From positions 3,358 through 18,484 of the forward strand of contig JBMFNT010000005.1 in the NCBI GenBank assembly GCA_049970015.1: a stretch of DNA of 15,127 nt, read 5' to 3'. Origin of the DNA: Candidatus Micrarchaeia archaeon. Its GTDB lineage: Archaea; Micrarchaeota; Micrarchaeia; CAILAH01. Shown piece by piece: positions 1 to 6,879 of this stretch. A program made the translations under genes and the position numbers. Numbering within the stretch: position 1 is the first letter of the stretch; each line of letters starts with the position of its first letter. The notes under the pieces were generated by a model, which was not told the origin of the DNA, made no database searches, and saw nothing but the letters and a program-made list of their open reading frames with translations.

Positions 1-229
1 TCTTATAAGACCCTTTCGGGAGGAATACATACCCGTCACTGCCAAACTTGAGCTCCTCAACCATGCTAAGCTTTCTTTCCGTATTATCATAATCTATTCT
101 CCCAGTATCAACAAACTTGTAAACCTTCTCAACTGTAAGGTCAATGCCTGCTGGCTGAAACTGTTCATCACTAACATAATCCCTAACAATATTCCGTTTC
201 ATAAGTATATGCTTGGGTAAAGATGCCAT
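1..229 (-). CDS. dut: Archaeal-type dUTPase (dCTP deaminase/dUTPase superfamily), 5' part only; runs off the window start
   Basis: Absent from the ORF track. Manual translation from ATG at 229 gives MASLPKHILMKRNIVRDYVSDEQFQPAGIDLTVEKVYKFVDTGRIDYDNTERKLSMVEELKFGSDGYVFLPKGSYK with no stop. The Q-P-x-G-I-D-L-T and G-x-I-D-x-D-N-x-E-R motifs match the N-terminus of archaeal dUTPases. It begins 4 nt after the stop of the upstream gene. Confidence 0.8.
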   Translation of the reverse strand, partial: MASLPKHILMKRNIVRDYVSDEQFQPAGIDLTVEKVYKFVDTGRIDYDNTERKLSMVEELKFGSDGYVFLPKGSYK

Positions 230-233
230 CTAA

Positions 234-1859
234 TCATTCCTCCATCCATCTCCTATAAAATATGTAAAAAACAGATAAAAACAAAAAGACAAGCACTATG
301 ACAACCATAAATATAGTGTAATCATCCCCAACCTCCACCTCTTTCTTAAACGGTACATACCCTGCCCTTCTCACTTCAAGCATAAACTTACCCTTTGTGT
401 GTGGCGTAATCGTAATCTGACCATCAATGTTTCTGTACTGCAGTGGGCCAAATAATATATTAACACGGTCCAGCAGGTTGCCTTTCTCATCCTTTACAAC
501 AACATTGAAAGATGAACCGTAACCAACAAAGGAAGGCACATCAACATTCATAACCTTCCCAGATGTTTTCCGCGTTACAGCCACTGTATCGTAAGGTGGC
601 TGTTCTGCACCATCCTCACTGATAACCCTACATGATATGCTCGATTCACCGATGGGGATAGGGAGTTTCGCTACATAAACATCACCCTGCTTTGATGCCT
701 CCACCCAAGCACCTTCACCTGTGCGCACCTGCACATTTTTTATAGATGTATCTGCATAGACATCAACCTCAACATCGAGCATATCTACACCGGAAACGTC
801 CATCCCATCTGAAGGGTATGTAACGCTACATGATGAAGTTGAGAGTGCAAACACCGTACCATTTTTTGAAACACCATAAATCATGCTTCCCTTCTTTATG
901 ATATCTGCCTTAACGGGAAGCCCTGTCTCATACTTCCAGCTCACATTGCCATCATAAGATATTCCATACATCGTACCGCTATCCGTAATTGCATATATAT
1001 TGGTATCTGTGACTACTGGTGAGGATACAGATTCACTGTCAAGCAAAGCACACCATCTTATCGTACCATCCGCCTCAAGCAGGCACATGTTTCCGCTAGC
1101 AGTAGATATAAGAATCTTTTTATCAACCAACTTAATATCAGAAACTATGCCTGTACCATCAACAGTATCCCGGATCCACATAAAATTCCTAGGTGTCCTC
1201 TGCGATACTGCATATACATTGCCACCAAAACTACCAATTATAACCCTCCCATCAACATACACTGGGGAAGATTTCCAGAACACATCTGAATAGCTTGCCT
1301 GGTCAACAGTAGCACCAGATGATGTAGAAATGAGTTTTATGAGACCGTTCTCACACACAACGAACAGGTTGTTATCCACCAAGAGAGGGGTTGACTGTGT
1401 TATGCAAGCCTCCTTCTGCACCCATAATATACTACCGGTCTGCGCATTGAATGCAACAATACCTGCTGATGTTGGTATGTACAGGATTCCTGAAACAACT
1501 AGCGGGTCATTTAGGATCTGGCCACTAATATTGACAGTCCTAACCACAGACCTTGTTGAATCACTCACCACATACACATTCCCTTCCTTCGACAAAAGCA
1601 CGAGCAATGACCCTATCTTAACAGGATTGAGCAAGGTGCCCTTGAGCTGCATGCTCCAAATTATTTTTCCATCGCTTAACTGAAGCTTTGAGAGCGAATC
1701 TAATGATGACACGTATATGTAATCGCCATCAACAAGAATGCCTCCAGTAACATCAGCGTTTAGGTCTGATGTCCACTTGATCCTGTTCGCAGATGCTAAT
1801 GAAAAAAGAAGGAGTGTAAGAATGATACAGCTACTTAAGCTATGGCTTGAAAAGCGCAT
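234..1859 (-). CDS. Secreted, C-terminally membrane-anchored PQQ-like (BamB-like) beta-propeller protein with Ig-like domains
   Basis: Probable start is ATG 1859, with GGGGTG just upstream; the ORF track extends to 1877. It has an N-terminal hydrophobic signal (CIILTLLLFSLASA) and repeated blade motifs (DGKIIWS, TGSILWV, DGTIRWC, DGNVSWKY, SSPV). Beta-rich Ig-like segments follow (SVTYPSDG...), then a TM helix (IFMVVIVLVFLFLSVFYIFY) and RRW. Confidence 0.8.
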   Translation of the reverse strand: MRFSSHSLSSCIILTLLLFSLASANRIKWTSDLNADVTGGILVDGDYIYVSSLDSLSKLQLSDGKIIWSMQLKGTLLNPVKIGSLLVLLSKEGNVYVVSDSTRSVVRTVNISGQILNDPLVVSGILYIPTSAGIVAFNAQTGSILWVQKEACITQSTPLLVDNNLFVVCENGLIKLISTSSGATVDQASYSDVFWKSSPVYVDGRVIIGSFGGNVYAVSQRTPRNFMWIRDTVDGTGIVSDIKLVDKKILISTASGNMCLLEADGTIRWCALLDSESVSSPVVTDTNIYAITDSGTMYGISYDGNVSWKYETGLPVKADIIKKGSMIYGVSKNGTVFALSTSSCSVTYPSDGMDVSGVDMLDVEVDVYADTSIKNVQVRTGEGAWVEASKQGDVYVAKLPIPIGESSISCRVISEDGAEQPPYDTVAVTRKTSGKVMNVDVPSFVGYGSSFNVVVKDEKGNLLDRVNILFGPLQYRNIDGQITITPHTKGKFMLEVRRAGYVPFKKEVEVGDDYTIFMVVIVLVFLFLSVFYIFYRRWMEE

Positions 1860-2316
1860 CGTGCACCCCTTTATCAATCTCCTGAATCACTTCATTCGCT
1901 TTCTTTCCATTGCAAGTAACGCCCATGCTAAGGCATGTACCAAGCACCTGCTTGACAGCATTCCTGAGCGATGTGTTAAAAGAGTCTTTCTTCATCTTTG
2001 CAATTTTCACAACAGATTCCAGCGGGATATTGCCAGCAGGGGCCTCGCGGTTTCCCGCTCCTTTCTCAATCTTCAGCTCGCGCTTTATGAGTGCACTTAC
2101 GGGTGGTGTTCCCACCTCTATCTCAAACTCCTTTGCAGCAGTGTCAACAATGACCTTTACTGGAACATCCACCCCCTCAAAATCCTTTGTCTTGGAGTTT
2201 ATCTCGGCTATAACCTTGCCAATGTTGATTCCTGTGGGCCCAAGAGCTGGACCAAGCGGTGGCCCTGCCGTTGCCCTGCCACCGGAAACGAGTGCGTTTA
2301 CTGTTAACTTAGACAT
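1840..2316 (-). CDS. rpl11: 50S ribosomal protein L11 (uL11)
   Basis: Contains the uL11 motifs GGRATAGPPLGPALGPTGIN, GTPPVSALIK and VLGTCLSMGV. Probable start is ATG 2316 (MSKLTV), preceded by GGTGG and overlapping the spt5 stop. Confidence 0.97.
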   Translation of the reverse strand: MSKLTVNALVSGGRATAGPPLGPALGPTGINIGKVIAEINSKTKDFEGVDVPVKVIVDTAAKEFEIEVGTPPVSALIKRELKIEKGAGNREAPAGNIPLESVVKIAKMKKDSFNTSLRNAVKQVLGTCLSMGVTCNGKKANEVIQEIDKGVHDALFKP

Positions 2317-2773
2317 TTTTACCACCTTCCTCCTCCGCTTTCTGATGAACCTTTAACCATGAAAGTTTTGTCGTTATCGGGATAGGCACGGTAACCTCAA
2401 GCAGCTCTATAGTAGCTTCCTCCTTTTCCAAGTCGATTTTAAGCACCTTTGCCCTGTCACCCTTGAACGGGCCGTTTATTACTTCCACAACATCCCCTTT
2501 GGCCAGGCTGTACATCTGCGGTTTTGTCTCAATCATCTTCTTTATCTCATCTGCTGCAACCTCGCCTGGAAGTACCCCTTTCACATTTGGAACCTGAAAT
2601 GCAAGCTTGCGCACTTCCCCCTCATCAGCAGCCTCAACTATTATGTATCCCTTGAATCCTTCCAGCACAAGCAATGAAGGTATGTTAAGCTTGAGCTTGC
2701 CTATCTTGTTCCTCAGCAGATCAGCAACAATCTTTTCCTGCCCTGCAGTTACACGTAGTGCATAGTACCCCAT
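2309..2773 (-). CDS. spt5: Transcription elongation factor Spt5 (archaeal NusG)
   Basis: NGN domain (YALRVTAGQEKIVA...KGYIIVEA) plus KOW motif (GDVVEVINGPFKGDRAKV). It sits in the conserved position between secE and rpl11. Start ATG 2773 (alternative GTG 2782). Confidence 0.96.
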   Translation of the reverse strand: MGYYALRVTAGQEKIVADLLRNKIGKLKLNIPSLLVLEGFKGYIIVEAADEGEVRKLAFQVPNVKGVLPGEVAADEIKKMIETKPQMYSLAKGDVVEVINGPFKGDRAKVLKIDLEKEEATIELLEVTVPIPITTKLSWLKVHQKAEEEGGKNV

Positions 2774-2782
2774 CTCAACCAC

Positions 2783-2959
2783 TCACCCAAACAGGCTGAA
2801 TGCCATGCTTATTATGAAGCCTATCAGCCCGATTACAAAAGCAGCAATTGAAACAATGCGAAACATGTTCATAAACTCCTTCTGGTCAGGTTTCCTGGCA
2901 ATCTTCATCACACGCTGTGATTGCGAAACAAACTCAACAATCCTACCGATCAACACCAT
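2783..2959 (-). CDS. secE: Protein translocase subunit SecE / Sec61 gamma (58 aa)
   Basis: Absent from the ORF track. Manual translation gives MVLIGRIVEFVSQSQRVMKIARKPDQKEFMNMFRIVSIAAFVIGLIGFIISMAFSLFG*. It has the RV-x-K-x-ARKP-x-x-x-EF motif and a single TM helix with G-x-I-G-F-I-I, in the canonical ftsZ-secE-spt5 order. Confidence 0.93.
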   Translation of the reverse strand: MVLIGRIVEFVSQSQRVMKIARKPDQKEFMNMFRIVSIAAFVIGLIGFIISMAFSLFG

Positions 2960-2999
2960 CACCTTGCTTTTGGTTTTTGTTGTTTTCTTGCTTTTTGTT

Positions 3000-4091
3000 T
3001 TATATCATGTCAAGCTCAACATCTATCTTGCTGAGCTTCTCCATCTCAAGCTTGTACTCAGGAAACTCTGCACCTGCTATGAGAACAAGCACTCTGATTG
3101 AATTCTTCTTCATCTCCTCATCAATGCGTGCGCCCCATATTATGTGCGAGTCCTTGGCTATGCTCTTGGAAACCTCGGTAACCATATACTCAGCCTCACG
3201 CAGGGTCATATCCGGGCCACCTACTACATTTACAAGGGCCCTGTTTGCGTTCGATATGTCTGCATCGAGCAGTGGCGAGTTGAGGGCAGTCTCAATTGCG
3301 AGGCGTGCACGCTCTCCTGGCTTAGCATCTGGTGGAGATTCTCCGTTTCCTATAACTGCATACCCTCCATTCAGCAGTGTTGTACGCACATCTGCAAAGT
3401 CAAGGTTAACAAGGCCCACTTTAGTTATGAGCTCAGTTATACCCTTCGCTGCACCTGCAAGAATCTCATCAGATAACCTGAATGCAGTGTTAAGCGGCAG
3501 GTCCGGCGCTATAGTGAGGAGTTTGTCATTAGGTATTACTATCGTTGTGTCGCACTTTTTCCTAAGCCGTGCGAGACCCTCAAGTGCATTTTTCCTTCTC
3601 TGCCTGCCTTCAGAATAGAATGGAAGTGTTACAATACCTATGGTTAGTATGCCCATATTCTTTGCTGCCTCTGCAATTATGTGTGCAGACCCAGTGCCTG
3701 TGCCACCACCCATACCACACGTAACAAATACCATAGATGCGCCCTCTATTGCCTTCTCAATATCCTTTATGTTTTCCTTGGCGGCATTCTCGCCAATCTC
3801 GGGATTGCTGCCTGCACCCATACCATGTGTGAGCTTTTTTCCTATGAGCACTTTCTTGTTCGCTTTCACCTTTAACAGATGCTGGACATCTGTATTGAGT
3901 GCGATAAGCTCTGCACCATATATCCCCATCTGGTACAACCTGTTTATTGTATTGCATCCACTGCCACCAGTGCCAACCACACATATCTTTGGCTTTGTCT
4001 CCTCAAGGAACTGTAAAAGCTCCTCATCCTCATTCTTCAACTGCATCTCTTTTGCAAGCTCTTCAGCGCTCATCCCAACCTCTCCTTCCAT
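3000..4091 (-). CDS. ftsZ: Cell division protein FtsZ (FtsZ1-type by synteny)
   Basis: Motifs VVGTGGSGCNT, ALNTDVQHL, GAGSNPEIG, tubulin signature GGGTGTG and T7 loop NLDFADV. The start is ATG 4091 or ATG 4073. Confidence 0.98.
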   Translation of the reverse strand: MEGEVGMSAEELAKEMQLKNEDEELLQFLEETKPKICVVGTGGSGCNTINRLYQMGIYGAELIALNTDVQHLLKVKANKKVLIGKKLTHGMGAGSNPEIGENAAKENIKDIEKAIEGASMVFVTCGMGGGTGTGSAHIIAEAAKNMGILTIGIVTLPFYSEGRQRRKNALEGLARLRKKCDTTIVIPNDKLLTIAPDLPLNTAFRLSDEILAGAAKGITELITKVGLVNLDFADVRTTLLNGGYAVIGNGESPPDAKPGERARLAIETALNSPLLDADISNANRALVNVVGGPDMTLREAEYMVTEVSKSIAKDSHIIWGARIDEEMKKNSIRVLVLIAGAEFPEYKLEMEKLSKIDVELDMI

Positions 4092-4131
4092 ATTCTATGG
4101 ATTTTAAGCCTAATCAATTTTTTAAGCTTAT
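4092..4131. promoter_or_regulatory. Compact bidirectional promoter region (ftsZ block / R15P isomerase-AMP phosphorylase)
   Basis: Only 40 bp lie between the divergent first ATGs. TTTTAAGC occurs at 4102-4109 and 4120-4127. TATA-like TTTTAAG on the + strand lies about 25 nt before ATG 4132, and TTAAAAAA on the - strand (4125-4118) lies about 27 nt before ATG 4091. Confidence 0.6.
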
Positions 4132-5049
4132 ATGGTGAATATGAGTTTTATGAATGAGGCCGCCAGAGAGATTGTTAAGGATATACGGGCACTGAAAATA
4201 CAGGGTGCAAGGAACATCGCAAATGCTGGTATTAACGCATTAGTGCTTGAATCTGATTCATTCGATGGAACGAGCGTGAAAGAGTACAAGTCTGCACTGC
4301 TTGTTGCTGCAGATGAAATCGCCTCTGCACGGCCAACAGAACCAATGCTCAAGAACTATTTAAGGTTTGTGTTGTCACGCATCATGGGAAGCGAGGATGA
4401 AAGCGTTGAAGCATTAAAGGAAAGGGTAAGGGATATCAGGAAAAGAATAAATGAGGATATGGTACACACCATTACAATGCTCAGAGATTATGGTGCCTCG
4501 CTTATACATGATGGTATGGTATGCTACACGCACTGCCACAGCTCAACAGTTACTGGGATATTTAAGGAGGCATATGATGATGGAAAGGATTTCTATGTTG
4601 TTGTGAGCGAGACACGACCCAGGTACCAAGGTGTTAAGACTGCAAAAGAACTTGCTGGTTATGGCATACCTACAACGCTTGCAGTAGATAGTGCAGCGCA
4701 CATATACATAAAGAGATGTGATGCTGTGTTCGTCGGTGCTGATGCAATCACTGCCTCAGGAAACCTGATCAACAAGGTTGGGACGGCGATGGTTGCACAT
4801 TTCGCATACCACTTGGATATACCGTTCTACTCTGCTGCCGAATTGTACAAGTTTGACCATCTTACCAAATGGGGAATGCCTGTACCAATAGAGCAAAGAG
4901 ATCCTGATGAGGTGCTCAAAAACCCTGGGCTAAAAAACCTGAAAATAGAAAATCCTGCGTTCGATGTTACCCCTGCAAAATACATAACAGCATATATAAC
5001 AGAAAAAGGTATCATCCCTCCACAGGCCATAATCCTTTTGTCAAGGTGA
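4132..5049 (+). CDS. e2b2: Ribose-1,5-bisphosphate isomerase (eIF-2B-like family)
   Basis: Motifs IQGA, ARPTEPML, THCHSSTV (catalytic Cys motif of R15P isomerases), ETRPRYQG, GADAI, NKVGT and NPAFDVTP. It is directly upstream of AMP phosphorylase. The start could be 4132, 4141 or 4150. Confidence 0.9.
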   Translation: MVNMSFMNEAAREIVKDIRALKIQGARNIANAGINALVLESDSFDGTSVKEYKSALLVAADEIASARPTEPMLKNYLRFVLSRIMGSEDESVEALKERVRDIRKRINEDMVHTITMLRDYGASLIHDGMVCYTHCHSSTVTGIFKEAYDDGKDFYVVVSETRPRYQGVKTAKELAGYGIPTTLAVDSAAHIYIKRCDAVFVGADAITASGNLINKVGTAMVAHFAYHLDIPFYSAAELYKFDHLTKWGMPVPIEQRDPDEVLKNPGLKNLKIENPAFDVTPAKYITAYITEKGIIPPQAIILLSR

Positions 5050-5053
5050 AAAA

Positions 5054-6598
5054 ATGGTAAACAATAGCGGGGAAAAGGAGCACATAAAAGTGGAATACAA
5101 GGTTAAGATATTTGATATTGGAGCGGGGCTGCCTATAATAGTGCTTAATGAATCTGAGGCAAAAGAGAGGGACCTGTTCCTTGGAGACCGTGTTGAATTA
5201 GTTTACAAAAACAAGAAAATGTCAGCGATTGTTGATACTTCCGCAACGCTTGTAAAGGAGGGAGAGGTGGGGGTATTCATAGAGATTGTTGAGAAGCTTG
5301 CGCTCAGCCCGGGAGACAAGGTATACATAATGCCACTCATGAAGCCTGCCTCTATAGAGTATATAAAGAAAAAACTTGATGCCGCTGCCCTCACACCAGC
5401 AGAGATTGATGAGATAATAAAAGACCTTATGGACAATAAACTGAGCGAGGCTGAGCTTGCCGTATTTGTGGCCGCGGCATACACGCGTGGGTTCAGTGCA
5501 GAAGAAACGGTTGCACTGACAAATGCTGTAATGAACTCAGGGGAGGTACTAAGGCTCGATAAACATCCAATAGTTGACAAGCATTGTGCGGGTGGTGTTG
5601 CAGGAAACAGAACAACTATGGTGGTTGTACCCATACTTGCTGCTGCAGGCGCATACATGCCAAAAACATCATCGCGTGCAATAACATCAGCAGCCGGTAC
5701 AGCGGACACGATGGAAGTGCTTGCAAATGTGAATTTTTCGGTTGATGAGATAAGAAAGATTGTGCTCAAGACACACGGGTGCATCGTATGGGGTGGTGGC
5801 GCACACCTTGCTCCCGCAGATGATAAGCTGATAAGAATAAGGTACCCGTTCAGGCTGGACCCGAGAGGGATGTTGCTTGCAAGTATAATGGCCAAGAAAA
5901 AATCAGTGGGTGCGGAGTATGTTGTGATTGATATACCCATAGGAAGGGGTACAAAGTTTGAGGATCCGGTGGCTGCAAAATCACTTGCAAAGGATTTCAT
6001 AGACATTGGAGAGAGGCTGGGTATGAAGACCCAGGTATTCATAACTGAGGGAAGCGATCCGATAGGGTTTGGTGTTGGGCCAGCCCTGGAGTGTAAAGAT
6101 GTGATTGAAGTACTTCACGGAGGTGGGCCTCAGGACTTGTTTGGTAAGAGCTGCCTGCTTGCGGGTGCATTGCTTGAGGCTACTGGTATTGTACAAAAGG
6201 GTGAAGGCTACAATACTGCTGTAGGTATAATAAAATCAGGAAAGGCATTCGAGAAGATGCGTGAGATTGTTGAGGAGCAGGGAGGTAGTAGGAGGTTGAG
6301 CATTGATGACCTGCCCATAGGTAAACATAAGGCAGAATTCTATGCAAAAGAGGATGGGCGGGTTGAGTATGTAAGCAATAAGAAGATTGCAAGGATTGCA
6401 CGTGCCGCAGGTGCGCCAAAAGTGATGGGGGCTGGTGTGGTCCTGAAATGTGAACACGGGGATAAAATCACAAAAGGCCAAACCCTTATGGAGATATATT
6501 CTGACAGCGAGGCAAAGTTGGACTATGCACTTAAAGTTGCTGAGGAAATCGTACCCATCGAACTGCAGAAAATCATCCTTGGAACATATACAATGTAA
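5054..6598 (+). CDS. deoA: AMP phosphorylase (archaeal thymidine phosphorylase family)
   Basis: N-terminal extra domain typical of AMP phosphorylases (GDRVEL...EGEVGVF). Motifs DKHCAGGVAGNRTT, PKTSSRAITSAAGTADTME, ASIMAKK and GPALE, plus C-terminal ARAAGAP. 514 aa, with RBS AGGTGA overlapping the upstream stop. Confidence 0.94.
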   Translation: MVNNSGEKEHIKVEYKVKIFDIGAGLPIIVLNESEAKERDLFLGDRVELVYKNKKMSAIVDTSATLVKEGEVGVFIEIVEKLALSPGDKVYIMPLMKPASIEYIKKKLDAAALTPAEIDEIIKDLMDNKLSEAELAVFVAAAYTRGFSAEETVALTNAVMNSGEVLRLDKHPIVDKHCAGGVAGNRTTMVVVPILAAAGAYMPKTSSRAITSAAGTADTMEVLANVNFSVDEIRKIVLKTHGCIVWGGGAHLAPADDKLIRIRYPFRLDPRGMLLASIMAKKKSVGAEYVVIDIPIGRGTKFEDPVAAKSLAKDFIDIGERLGMKTQVFITEGSDPIGFGVGPALECKDVIEVLHGGGPQDLFGKSCLLAGALLEATGIVQKGEGYNTAVGIIKSGKAFEKMREIVEEQGGSRRLSIDDLPIGKHKAEFYAKEDGRVEYVSNKKIARIARAAGAPKVMGAGVVLKCEHGDKITKGQTLMEIYSDSEAKLDYALKVAEEIVPIELQKIILGTYTM

Positions 6599-6707
6599 AC
6601 AATAGGTATAGAGAATATGGCTGGCAATGGAACTGTATTTTCTTCAATAAAACCAATTGCTGTGAAATGTTTCATGAATTTGTGTTTGTTCAAATGAATT
6701 GTTGGCC

Positions 6708-6720
6708 TGTTGTTTTTTTG
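6708..6720 (+). terminator. Possible oligo-T terminator of the e2b2-deoA transcript
   Basis: A T7 run (6713-6719) in a T/G-rich tract about 115 nt after the deoA stop. Archaeal terminators are typically oligo-T tracts. Confidence 0.35.
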
Positions 6721-6748
6721 TGCATGGACCACTGCTACTCTGGTCTAC

Positions 6749-6860
6749 CAAAGTATGTGCTTGGCCATACACCACTCACTGTTTTTATCACTCGCTTTTT
6801 ATCACTTCATGCCTGTCAAAGTATGTGCTTGGCCATACACCACTCACTGTTTTTATCACT
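6749..6860 (+). repeat. Exact 44-bp direct repeat, two copies (6749-6792 and 6817-6860), separated by 24 bp
   Basis: Both copies read CAAAGTATGTGCTTGGCCATACACCACTCACTGTTTTTATCACT. The spacer contains a third TTTTTATCACT at 6796-6806. Each copy has an internal GTATG...CATAC inverted repeat. Confidence 0.95.
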
Positions 6861-6879
6861 TTTTTGTGTATATATTGCA

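Noticed and set aside
4132..5049. Methylthioribose-1-phosphate isomerase (MtnA) or a true eIF-2B subunit
   Set aside because: The THCHS motif, the ~305-aa length and coupling to AMP phosphorylase favour R15P isomerase. MtnA typically has THCN-x-G-x-LAT.
6617..6697. 26-aa ORF MAGNGTVFSSIKPIAVKCFMNLCLFK after deoA
   Set aside because: It is too short, has only a weak RBS and shows no recognisable motif or resemblance to a RuBisCO remnant, so it cannot be supported.
6749..6860. Mini-CRISPR (repeat-spacer-repeat)
   Set aside because: There are only two copies, the 24-bp spacer itself duplicates the repeat end, and there is no leader or cas context. A local tandem duplication explains it better.
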